A DNA stretch of 64,000 bases from Patescibacteria group bacterium (GTDB lineage Bacteria; Patescibacteriota; Minisyncoccia; Minisyncoccales; PEYH01), in contig JAHITK010000014.1 in the NCBI GenBank assembly GCA_018817645.1, positions 9,989 to 73,988 on the forward strand, read 5' to 3'. The notes beneath the pieces were generated by a model. It did not search any database and had not been told where the DNA came from. It saw only the letters and a program-made list of their open reading frames with translations. Positions within the stretch are counted from its first letter, which is position 1. Each line of letters opens with the position of its first letter. This document shows, in pieces, positions 41,935 to 50,172 of this stretch. A program made the position numbers and the translations under genes.

Positions 41935-42314
41935 AATAAAAGTTTAATGCCATAAGCGAAACCCGCGACGATGATGGCCGGCAATAGAATCCAACCGAGA
42001 AAAACGATTGCCCCTAAAAAGAAAATGATGGCTTCAAAAATGACGCCGAAAACAATCAGCACGCTCCTTATTATCGCGCCCAAGAGTCGGGCGAAAGTGT
42101 TTGAGATAAATGTCTCCGCATATCTGGAAACGCTGAATCCCCGGCCATAAGACCATTGATAGCCGTGCCAGGGGGCGAAAAGAGTCCTGATGAGGGCAAC
42201 CACGGAGAAGAAACTTAAATAAAAGCGGAGATAATTTTTCCACGCCTTGCCGAGCTCTTTCGGCACATCATAAAAATGCCAAACTAAATATTGAGCAATG
42301 ATGTTTTGGCCCAT
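41931..42314 (-). CDS. Hypothetical membrane protein
   Basis: 127 aa with multiple TM segments. 4-nt overlap with the Clp-like gene. Confidence 0.55.
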   Translation of the reverse strand: MGQNIIAQYLVWHFYDVPKELGKAWKNYLRFYLSFFSVVALIRTLFAPWHGYQWSYGRGFSVSRYAETFISNTFARLLGAIIRSVLIVFGVIFEAIIFFLGAIVFLGWILLPAIIVAGFAYGIKLLF

Positions 42315-42384
42315 TAGCTAATTTTACCAAAATTACACAAAAACAACAAAGGGCAGGAAGATATTCCGAATATCAACTCCCGCC

Positions 42385-42621
42385 CTATGACTTTTTGCGC
42401 CCAATTTCATACCGTACTGATTCAAGCGGTTCCCATGGTACCAGCTCATCGCCTTCCAGCCCTCCGTACAACAACGCCAGCGCAAATGCCTGTTCTATCA
42501 GGGTGATTAAGCGTTCCAACTCTTTCCCTCTTACGATTTTCCCTTTGCCATCTTTGGTCACCCTAATCAAGGCAACGGTCTTGTGTTTTTCTTTTTCATC
42601 CCTATCAAACATGCCCATCAT
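42385..42621 (-). CDS. Hypothetical small protein
   Basis: 78-aa ORF with no recognisable motifs. Confidence 0.4.
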   Translation of the reverse strand: MMGMFDRDEKEKHKTVALIRVTKDGKGKIVRGKELERLITLIEQAFALALLYGGLEGDELVPWEPLESVRYEIGRKKS

Positions 42622-42818
42622 AATTTTTCACCTCCTCTGCGCCTTTTGGTTCTCAAAGGGCTAATTTGATAATACTCCCACGACCGCAAAAAAACAATAA
42701 AAAACACCTTGCCGCTGGCGCGAGGCGAGGCGAAATGTTTGACAAAAGCCCTTCGTCGCTTCGCTCCTCAGAGTAAAGGAACAAGTAAATTCGCTTTGCT
42801 CATTAACTTGTTCTATTA

Positions 42819-42970
42819 TGGGCGCAGATGGACTCGAACCATCGACCTCTATCGTGTGAGGATAGTCCCGATTTTGTTTTGGCTCTGCCAAAGTACAAAA
42901 TCGTGGATCCTCGACATTATACTAAATCAAAGATTTAGATAATGTCGGGACGCTCTAACTTCACCCGCCC
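42819..42970 (-). other. tRNA-Val(CAC)-like gene interrupted by an 85-nt structured insertion (intron-bearing tRNA or pseudogene)
   Basis: The 3' part is canonical: CTATC CTCACAC GATAG AGGTC GATGG TTCGAGT CCATC TGCGCCC A. The candidate 5' part GGGCGGG TG AAGTTA GAGC G lies 85 nt upstream. The insertion (42866-42950) is closed by TCCCG/CGGGA and folds into two long hairpins. Confidence 0.5.
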
Positions 42971-42983
42971 AAATTTGGGCATA

Positions 42984-43057
42984 TGGGCGTGTGCGGATTC
43001 GAACCACAGATCTCACGGATGTGAACCGTGCGCTCTAACCAACTGAGCTACACGCCC
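42984..43057 (-). tRNA. tRNA-Val(CAC)
   Basis: Reads GGGCGTG TA GCTC AGTTGGTTA GAGC G CACGG TTCACAT CCGTG AGATC TGTGG TTCGAAT CCGCA CACGCCC A. Confidence 0.85.
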
Positions 43058-43153
43058 AAATTTTCGGCGGGCAGGCCTGAGCCATGCGCCCTGTCTGTTT
43101 ATCTTACTACTTTAATTTTTGCCAGTAAAGGACTACAATGAAGCTATAAAGCT

Positions 43154-43933
43154 ATGCAGGTATTTGATTATCACATCAATCCAAAATCAAAAAAGGGCTT
43201 AATATTCAAAAGCTTCTATTTCCAGCCGGAAAATGAACGCGAAAAGCCGCTGGGCGGCTTGTGCATCATCGGAGAATTTTCCGACTCCCTTTCCAAAGAC
43301 AAAAAAATCCTTGAGGACTTAAGCCATACCATCAAAGAAGAATACTTTTCCGATGTCCATAAGACGCCCATAGAAGCCCTGAAATCAGGCCTTCAAAAAG
43401 GAAACCAATATCTTGAAGAGCTGTCTCTTCAGGGAAATGTAAGATGGCTCGGAAACTTGAGCATAGCCGTGATTGCTGTCAAGGACTTTGATATTCATTT
43501 CTCTAAGGCCGGAAATATTAAATTGCTTCTTTTAAGAAGCGGAGAATATCACGACATTGGCGAAAACTTGGAGTTCCAAAAATCATCACCCGATAAGCCG
43601 ACCCAAATATTCTCCAATATCGCTTCCGGAAATCTTGTGGACAAGGACCGGATTATTATCCTGACCCAAGAGGTGTTTGAATTTTTTCACCTTCATATCG
43701 CAGAGCCAATTTCCAATTTTCCGGGCGTAACCCCTCAAATATTATCCAAGCTCTTAAAGGACAATAAAAGCGAGATGAAAGAATATTCCGGCGTGATGTT
43801 TGTCATAGCGATTAATAAAAAGGGCCGAAGAAGACGATGGTGGCCTGCTATCAAGACCCCTTTGGGCAAAAAAATAGCCCTGATTATCGCGCTTATTCTT
43901 TTATTACTTCTGTCTTATTGGATATTCAGGTAA
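43154..43933 (+). CDS. Hypothetical protein with C-terminal TM anchor
   Basis: 259-aa ORF. C-terminal IALIIALILLLLLSYWIF. One of the few plus-strand genes. Confidence 0.55.
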   Translation: MQVFDYHINPKSKKGLIFKSFYFQPENEREKPLGGLCIIGEFSDSLSKDKKILEDLSHTIKEEYFSDVHKTPIEALKSGLQKGNQYLEELSLQGNVRWLGNLSIAVIAVKDFDIHFSKAGNIKLLLLRSGEYHDIGENLEFQKSSPDKPTQIFSNIASGNLVDKDRIIILTQEVFEFFHLHIAEPISNFPGVTPQILSKLLKDNKSEMKEYSGVMFVIAINKKGRRRRWWPAIKTPLGKKIALIIALILLLLLSYWIFR

Positions 43934-43952
43934 TCTTATTGTGCCACTGAAA

Positions 43953-43980
43953 GCAAAAAGCCCCGCAAGGGGCTTTTTGC
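43953..43980. terminator. Bidirectional terminator between convergent genes
   Basis: GCAAAAAGCCCC-GCAA-GGGGCTTTTTGC. Confidence 0.8.
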
Positions 43981-44002
43981 TTATCTCTTTCATTTCAATG
44001 AA

Positions 44003-44428
44003 TTACTTGAGTTCTACAGTCGCTCCGGCTGTTTCAAATTTCTTTTTAATGTCTTCGGCCTCTTCTTTCTTCGCTTTTTCCTTAATGACCTGCGGTTCAG
44101 CGGCGGCGGCATCTACCAAATCCTTTGCTTCTTTCAATCCTTTAGCCGTGGCGTCTCTGACTGCTTTGATGACATCAATTTTCTTATCCCCCACTGTTTT
44201 AAGAATCACATCATACTCTGATTTCTCTTCCTCGGCTCCGGCTCCGGGAACCGCTCCGGCTGCCGGAACTGCGGCAACCGCCACTGGCGCGGCTGCGCTT
44301 ACGCCGAATTTTCTTTCAAGAACCTTGACCAATTCCGCCAAATCAACCACTTTCATATCCTCAATCTCTTTGACAATTTTGGCGAATTTTTCCGGCACTT
44401 TCACTTTCTCTTCCTTTTTTTCCGGCAT
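44003..44428 (-). CDS. rplL: 50S ribosomal protein L7/L12
   Basis: C-terminal domain [33 protein letters not shown]...[18 protein letters not shown]. Ala-rich hinge. ATG at 44428 preferred over 44506. Confidence 0.9.
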   Translation of the reverse strand: MPEKKEEKVKVPEKFAKIVKEIEDMKVVDLAELVKVLERKFGVSAAAPVAVAAVPAAGAVPGAGAEEEKSEYDVILKTVGDKKIDVIKAVRDATAKGLKEAKDLVDAAAAEPQVIKEKAKKEEAEDIKKKFETAGATVELK

Positions 44429-44579
44429 GGTTGTTGCCTGAGAAACATCACCGACATTATCGCTTACAGACGAACTAGAAATTTTTTCTGTAGATCTTTC
44501 TACCATATTTTTATAAATTAATTATTTAATTATTGATTACTAATTAATGGCCATTAATAATTGACTATTTTGAAAACTG

Positions 44580-45110
44580 TTATTGCTTTTCAGCAATCGC
44601 CCCGAAGGCGTACATCAGACCTTTTATAATTTGCCGCTGAACAGCCACAAATCCTGAAATCGGCGCAGAAAGCGTCCCTGCCAATTTGGCGAAAAGTTCT
44701 TGCTTGGACGGCAATTGAGCTAACGTGATAACCTCCTCTGCGTTCATAAACTCACAATTATTTCCGTCAGAGATGTATCCGCCAATAAGTTTTAAATTAT
44801 TTTGCTCTTGCGAAAACTGATAGGCGGTTTTTACCGGCGCTAACTCATCCTCAAAGCCGAAAATCAAAGCAATCTCGCTGCTTAATTTTTCTTTTGGGAA
44901 ATCCAATTTTTTTTCTTTAAAAGCTATCTGAGCCAATGTCTTTTTTACAACCACGAATTTGGCTCCTGCTTCCTTCAATTTTTTTCTAAGATTGACCAAA
45001 TCGTGGAATTTCAGGCCGGAAAAATTAACAAAAACTATGGCTCTTTGTTTTTCAAGCTTTTCTTTTATCCCTTCCACTATTTTCTTCTTTTGCTCTTTTG
45101 TTAACGGCAT
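44580..45110 (-). CDS. rplJ: 50S ribosomal protein L10
   Basis: MPLTKEQKKKIVEGIKEKL...VFVNFSGLKFHDLVNLRKKLKEAGAKFVVVKKTL. ATG at 45110 preferred. Confidence 0.9.
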   Translation of the reverse strand: MPLTKEQKKKIVEGIKEKLEKQRAIVFVNFSGLKFHDLVNLRKKLKEAGAKFVVVKKTLAQIAFKEKKLDFPKEKLSSEIALIFGFEDELAPVKTAYQFSQEQNNLKLIGGYISDGNNCEFMNAEEVITLAQLPSKQELFAKLAGTLSAPISGFVAVQRQIIKGLMYAFGAIAEKQ

Positions 45111-45360
45111 ATCTTTTATATCTTTAAAAAAATAAATGGTCTCCGGAATGACCGCAGACAAACAATCAATGATAAATTATCATTAATATTACCTCGGCGG
45201 GACTTATGTTTGCCCGCTGTCTACGGTTTGTCCTCTCAAGTTTTGCGAAGCAAAATTTGAGGGGATTTCTATTATGTTTCCAGTATATCTATTTTAAAAA
45301 TCCTGTCAAGCTTTTGGCTATTTTGTCCTTGATCCCCCTGTGGATAACTTTCCTCCAAAA

Positions 45361-45381
45361 ATTACGAGGCCCGGCCTCGTA
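45361..45381. repeat. Palindromic element ATTACGAGGCC-C-GGCCTCGTA
   Basis: Same family as 25954-25980. Confidence 0.8.
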
Positions 45382-45424
45382 GTGAGAATCCGTTGATTTA
45401 ACGCGGTTTGCGCGTTTTGGGAAA

Positions 45425-45447
45425 ATTACGAGGCCGGGCCTCGTAAT
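45425..45447. repeat. Palindromic element ATTACGAGGCC-G-GGCCTCGTAAT overlapping the 3' end of the DJ-1 gene
   Basis: Same family. It encodes the C-terminal LRGPAS and the stop of 45426-45971. Confidence 0.8.
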
Positions 45448-45971
45448 TGTCCTCGCAATTTTTGGAGGATGGTCTGGGCAAACTCATCGGCTGCGGATGG
45501 GCCGTTGGCTGTTATAATGTTTCCGTCGCAAACCACGGGTTTGTCCAGATATTCTGCTCCCCCTTCTTCCAAAACCCTGATTGGCTTCTTGTCCATTACG
45601 CTTGACCAGATGGTCGCCTTTTTCCCTTTTAAAATCCCGGCTTTTGCCAAAATTGCCGGCGCAATGCAAATGGCTGCCAATAATTTCCCTTGCTGATTTG
45701 CCTCTTTAGCAATTTCCCAAACCTCCTCGTCGTCAATGTATTTATAAGCACCGGGGCCGCCAGCAAAAACCACCGCGTCAAGCTGTGATATATCAATCTC
45801 GTCAAATGTTTTGTCCACCTGTGCCTCTCCCCCGCTTCCGCCAATGGCAATACCCTTTTGCGAACTGACGGTAATAACTTCAAAACCAGCGCCAAGAAAA
45901 ATGTTTCTCGGAATAAAATACTCCTCATCCCGAAAATTCCTAAAAGAAATTATAATGGCTATTTTTGCCAT
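45426..45971 (-). CDS. DJ-1/PfpI family protein
   Basis: Nucleophile elbow AAICIAPAIL and a conserved VVFAGGPG segment. 181 aa. Confidence 0.85.
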   Translation of the reverse strand: MAKIAIIISFRNFRDEEYFIPRNIFLGAGFEVITVSSQKGIAIGGSGGEAQVDKTFDEIDISQLDAVVFAGGPGAYKYIDDEEVWEIAKEANQQGKLLAAICIAPAILAKAGILKGKKATIWSSVMDKKPIRVLEEGGAEYLDKPVVCDGNIITANGPSAADEFAQTILQKLRGQLRGPAS

Positions 45972-46077
45972 AAAACTATTTTAATATTTTAATATATTAT
46001 GCCATAAAACCCCGCTTTTGTCGCAACGAGGCCTGCCCGCAGTGCTATAGCGTTGTAGGCGGGCCGGGTCTCGTAAT

Positions 46078-47076
46078 TTATTTCAGATATTTTTGGATGG
46101 CGAGGTTGTGTTCCTGCAAGGTTCTGCTGAAAACCGTTTCTCCGTCCGGCTTTGACAGGAAATAATTGTAATCACTTTCCTCGGGATAAATTGCTGCCTT
46201 AATAGCAGACAACCCGGGATTAGAAATAGGCCCTGTTGGCAAGCCGGCGTATTTATAAGTATTGTACGGCGACTCTATTTGAGTGTCGCTTACACTGTAT
46301 CGCCATTTATCAACCCCTAAGGCATAGGCAATGGTGGCGCAGGATTGCAAGGGATAATGATTCTTCAGCCGTTTCCAAAAAATTCCTGACACAATGGCCC
46401 GGTCAGCATCAGTCGCCACTTCTTTTTCTATTATTGAGGCCATTGTAATGATTTCAAAAATTGTCTTGTCCTGGGACTGAATTTCCTCTCTCATCTCTGG
46501 GTTGAGTTTTTTGTCGAAGTTAGTCAAGAATATCCTTATAACCTCCTCTGGGCTGGCTGTTTGCTTAATCCAATAAGTGTCTGGGAAAAGATACCCTTCC
46601 AAATTATTTTTCCCTGGCTTGTCTTTCAAAAAATCAAATTCTTCGGCGAGGCCTGCTGAAGCATTAACTGCTTCCAAAAAACTTTCTGGCTGGCAAACCC
46701 CCTTGTCTTCAAGATATTCGGCTATATTCCTTATATTCCAGCCCTCTATGATGGTAATTTTCGTCCCGACAGTATTCCCTCGAATAATCTGGTCAGCAAT
46801 TTCCTTTATAGACATAGAACCGGAAAGGAGGTAATCCCCTGCTTTAAGGGATAATTCTTTGCCGTACAAATAAACATAAACTTTGAAAAAGAGGTCATTA
46901 TTGATGAATCCCTGCTGCTTCAAATTAGCGGATATATCGCCGAGCCCATCCCCTGTTTCAACCCTAAATATCCTTTCTTCGCTATTCACAGAAGAAGGGA
47001 CATAAATTTGAAACCACGCCACAAGAAAAAGTGCCAAAATAATTGCTATAAAAATAAGGATGGATTTTTTTGTCAT
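46078..47076 (-). CDS. mltG: Endolytic murein transglycosylase MltG (YceG-like)
   Basis: N-terminal TM, LysM-like segment, YceG core (ITMASIIEKE...LQSCATIAY...YNTYKYAGLPTGPISNPG). Confidence 0.85.
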   Translation of the reverse strand: MTKKSILIFIAIILALFLVAWFQIYVPSSVNSEERIFRVETGDGLGDISANLKQQGFINNDLFFKVYVYLYGKELSLKAGDYLLSGSMSIKEIADQIIRGNTVGTKITIIEGWNIRNIAEYLEDKGVCQPESFLEAVNASAGLAEEFDFLKDKPGKNNLEGYLFPDTYWIKQTASPEEVIRIFLTNFDKKLNPEMREEIQSQDKTIFEIITMASIIEKEVATDADRAIVSGIFWKRLKNHYPLQSCATIAYALGVDKWRYSVSDTQIESPYNTYKYAGLPTGPISNPGLSAIKAAIYPEESDYNYFLSKPDGETVFSRTLQEHNLAIQKYLK

Positions 47077-47142
47077 TGCCTCAAGGTAAAAGTATTGTAA
47101 AAATTATTCAGTTGTAGTAAGTTATAGAAAAGGAGGTGCACG

Positions 47143-47331
47143 ATGCGATTTCCCCAAAGTTTTTCTAATCTTCTAATGTTTGTGGGTTTCCTCTGTGCTG
47201 CCTGCATGATAATAGTGGGTGTGACGTCACTCCATTCTGGCGGCTCAGACGATTTCGTGTGCGGGCTCGGGTTAGCAGCCATCTGCCTAATCTTATTCGG
47301 GCAACCTTCAATGAGAAAACCCGATCCATAG
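47143..47331 (+). CDS. Hypothetical 62-aa membrane protein (GC-rich cassette)
   Basis: AAAGGAGG lies 6 nt upstream of the ATG. Two TM segments. Own terminator at 47346-47375. Confidence 0.5.
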   Translation: MRFPQSFSNLLMFVGFLCAACMIIVGVTSLHSGGSDDFVCGLGLAAICLILFGQPSMRKPDP

Positions 47332-47345
47332 TACAAACCTCGACA

Positions 47346-47375
47346 TAGCAGGAACGACCTTATGCGTTCCTGCTA
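47346..47375 (+). terminator. Intrinsic terminator after the 47143 mini-gene
   Basis: TAGCAGGAACG-ACCTTATG-CGTTCCTGCTA followed by TTCTTTTT. Confidence 0.7.
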
Positions 47376-48053
47376 TTCTTTTTCTACTAAGGGGACAAAG
47401 ACAAATCCTGGATATTCTTCTTTTTCAAAAGACCCATCCGCTTTTTTAGTAAAAGCGCAAATGGAGTTATTTATCGGCATCACTATTTTACCGCCGATTT
47501 TAACCTGTTTTTCCCAAGCGGAGGGCATACTGTCCGCCGAAGCCGAACAAAGAATCCTGTCAAACGGAGCTTCCTGCGGATAGCCCTTTCTTCCGTCTCC
47601 TAAGATAAATTCTAACCTGCCTTGCTTAATAAATCCATACTTCCCGGCATTTCTTTTTCCGAGTTCTTTTAATTCAGGGACAATCTCAATAGCAATCACC
47701 TTGCCATTAATTTGAGATTTGGAATTTTGGATTTGTTTGGGATTTGGGAATTGGGAATTGAGAATTCCCTTCTGGCTTACTATGTAAGCCAGAAGGGCGC
47801 TTGTCCAGCCGGAACCAGAGCCGACATCAAGAATTTTGTTCCCGGCTTTGGGCCCTAATTTCTCCAGCATAAAAGCCACTACTAATGGCTGGGAAATCGT
47901 CTGCCCATAGCCGATTGGAAACGCCTCATCCACCTCCGCCATCTCTTTATAGCCATCGCCTAAAAAATCCTCGCGTTTAACCGTTTGAAACGCTTTGATA
48001 ATTTCCGGGGTCTTTAGCCAACCCTGTTTAATTAAATCATCTGTTAAAGACAT
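47373..48053 (-). CDS. pcm: Protein-L-isoaspartate O-methyltransferase
   Basis: GQTISQPLVVAFMLEKL, VLDVGSGSGWTSALLA. Carries a repeat-encoded insertion ILNSQFPNPKQIQNSKSQIN. Confidence 0.85.
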   Translation of the reverse strand: MSLTDDLIKQGWLKTPEIIKAFQTVKREDFLGDGYKEMAEVDEAFPIGYGQTISQPLVVAFMLEKLGPKAGNKILDVGSGSGWTSALLAYIVSQKGILNSQFPNPKQIQNSKSQINGKVIAIEIVPELKELGKRNAGKYGFIKQGRLEFILGDGRKGYPQEAPFDRILCSASADSMPSAWEKQVKIGGKIVMPINNSICAFTKKADGSFEKEEYPGFVFVPLVEKE

Positions 48054-48057
48054 GTCT

Positions 48058-48212
48058 TAAATCTCAATGTCAAAATCCCAATGTCAAATCAAATCCAAAT
48101 GACTCAATGTCAAAAGAATACATTTTTTCAATTTGGATTTTGGATTTTGAGCTTGATTTGACATTTGAGCTTTGGGTTTTGGGTTTTGGGTTTTGGATTT
48201 TGGATTTTGAAT
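48058..48212. repeat. TTTTGGA-heptamer / TTTGACATTTG repeat element (copy b, inverted pair)
   Basis: Reverse-type arm (AATGTCAAAATCCCAATGTCAAATCAAATCCAAATGAC), a spacer, then the forward arm (TTTGGATTTTGGATTTTGAGCTTGATTTGACATTTGAGCTTTGGGTTTTGGG...). Confidence 0.85.
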
Positions 48213-48237
48213 AAAATTATATTCCCTGAACGGATTT

Positions 48238-49467
48238 CTACTCATAACTCCGCAAGGCCTCCGTGGGTCTTAACTTCGCGGCTTTGCGGGCAGGCAAATA
48301 TCCTGAAAGGCAGCCAATCAAAAATGAGAAAAATAATCCGAATATTATTAACGATGCCGGCATATACGCTTCCAACAAAAATGCTCCGCTTGCCCGGCTG
48401 TAACCCTCTATTAGTTTGGCAACGATAAGCCCAAAAATTACACCGCCGGCGCCGCCTATCAAACCGAGAATGCCCGATTCTATCAGAAAAATCGAAATAA
48501 CCGCGCTGTTCTTCGCCCCAATTGCTTTCAATACTCCTATTTCTTTTGTTCTCTCCCGCACAGAGGTGAACATCGTATTCATAATTCCAAGTCCTCCGAC
48601 CAAAATTGAAATAGCGGCAAAGAGCATCACTGCCGCCTGAATCACTCCGAGAACCCCGCCGGCAATACTCCCCATTTTTTCCGAGGTGAGCACTGAAAAA
48701 TCTGACACATCTTCTCCCCTTCTCCTTTTTCTTACCTCGTCCAACTCACTTTTTATCCTGGCCGCTAGTTCATCCGGGGAAACTCCCTCTTCTGCCTTAA
48801 CCATAATCGCCAAAGCGCCTCCCTCCCTGTCTCCGGTGATCTGTTGGAAGACCTCCCGGTCAAGATAAACCGATGTATCGTCCCCTTTATTCCCGATAGA
48901 ATTCAAAATTCCTACCACCTTAAAAGATTTGCCGTTAACAGTAACTGTATCGCCTACTTTTATTCTTTTGCTAAAGAAGTCCTTTTCCGCCACCAAACTG
49001 CCGAGCAAAAGTTCTCTTTTGCCGGGTGAGGGCCAGGTGCCTTCAGATAAATTCCAACCCTGAAAATTGCTCAAAAAATCCTTTCCCTCGTCCCAAGGAA
49101 AACCAGTAAGAAAAATTGTTTTCTGCTCATTGTTATAGCGCATCAGTTGAGATTTTTGAGACATGGGCAAAGCCACCTCCACTCCCTTCGTCTTTTTGAC
49201 TGTTTGGATGTCTTCTTCGCTTAACATCTGACCGCCCATAAATGTTGTTAAGGGGTTATCTATAGCCCCAGGCATAACAAAAATTATATCCCCGCCCAGA
49301 GCATTTAATTGCTTAAGGATAGTATTTTTAATTCCTCCACTGAGAGAGATAAGGGTTATTACTAAAAAAATTCCGACCACAATACCAAGAATAGTCAACC
49401 AACTCCTTAATCTTCTGGTCTTGAGATTTTTTATAGCAAGCTTAAAATATTCTTTTATTGCTTCCAT
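48238..49467 (-). CDS. ABC transporter permease, MacB/FtsX family (paralog 2)
   Basis: 409 aa. Same architecture as 8800-10026 (TKEIGVLKAIGAKNSAV). Confidence 0.85.
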   Translation of the reverse strand: MEAIKEYFKLAIKNLKTRRLRSWLTILGIVVGIFLVITLISLSGGIKNTILKQLNALGGDIIFVMPGAIDNPLTTFMGGQMLSEEDIQTVKKTKGVEVALPMSQKSQLMRYNNEQKTIFLTGFPWDEGKDFLSNFQGWNLSEGTWPSPGKRELLLGSLVAEKDFFSKRIKVGDTVTVNGKSFKVVGILNSIGNKGDDTSVYLDREVFQQITGDREGGALAIMVKAEEGVSPDELAARIKSELDEVRKRRRGEDVSDFSVLTSEKMGSIAGGVLGVIQAAVMLFAAISILVGGLGIMNTMFTSVRERTKEIGVLKAIGAKNSAVISIFLIESGILGLIGGAGGVIFGLIVAKLIEGYSRASGAFLLEAYMPASLIIFGLFFSFLIGCLSGYLPARKAAKLRPTEALRSYE

Positions 49468-50168
49468 ATGGTTTGTTCGCTTTGTTTATGATTTTGGACT
49501 ATTTGACCGTCAATAATATGAAATATTTTTTGGCTATAATTGGCTATAATCGAATCATGGGTGACGACTACAATAGTCCCTTTTTGTTCTTTGTGAAATT
49601 GGACTAAAATATCCATAATTTTTTGCCCAGAGTGCGAATCAAGGTTGCCTGTCGGCTCATCAGCGATAACCAATTGAGGTTTATTAGCAAAGGCCCGGGC
49701 AATAGCCACCCTTTGACGCTGACCGCCTGAAAGTTCTGAAGGCAGATGGTCAACCCTATCGCCCAACCCGACTAAATCTAAAAGATAGCGCGCTCGCGCT
49801 TTTCTTTGCTCTTCCTCCTGCCCTTGGAAAACCATGGGGAGCATAACATTTTCCAAAGCTGTCAGGTGTTGCAATAAATTAAATTGTTGAAAAATAAAGC
49901 CAATTTTTTGTCCCCTGGCTTGGGCAAGCTGGCTCTCAGAAAGTATAGATGTATCTTGTCCATCAAGAAAAATTTTTCCCTTGCTCGGGAAATCCAAACA
50001 ACCGATCATATTTAAGAGAGTGCTTTTCCCTGAACCGCTTGGGCCCATAATTGAGACAAATGTGCCTGGAAAAATCTCCAAACTAATTCCCCTAACCGCA
50101 GGAACCTCTACTTTGCCCATCTGATATGTTTTCCAGACATCTTGAAGGCGTATGATTGATTTTTCCAT
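49455..50168 (-). CDS. ABC transporter ATP-binding protein (paralog 2)
   Basis: [39 protein letters not shown] at 50168 preferred. Confidence 0.9.
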   Translation of the reverse strand: MEKSIIRLQDVWKTYQMGKVEVPAVRGISLEIFPGTFVSIMGPSGSGKSTLLNMIGCLDFPSKGKIFLDGQDTSILSESQLAQARGQKIGFIFQQFNLLQHLTALENVMLPMVFQGQEEEQRKARARYLLDLVGLGDRVDHLPSELSGGQRQRVAIARAFANKPQLVIADEPTGNLDSHSGQKIMDILVQFHKEQKGTIVVVTHDSIIANYSQKIFHIIDGQIVQNHKQSEQTIWKQ

Positions 50169-50172
50169 ATTT

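Noticed and set aside
42661-42942. ORFs 42661-42891(-) and 42709-42942(+)
   Set aside because: They overlap the tRNA-Val-like gene and its structured insertion.
43941-44441. 166-aa plus-strand ORF
   Set aside because: It is antisense to rplL. The Ala/Ser-rich translation mirrors the L7/L12 Ala-rich hinge.
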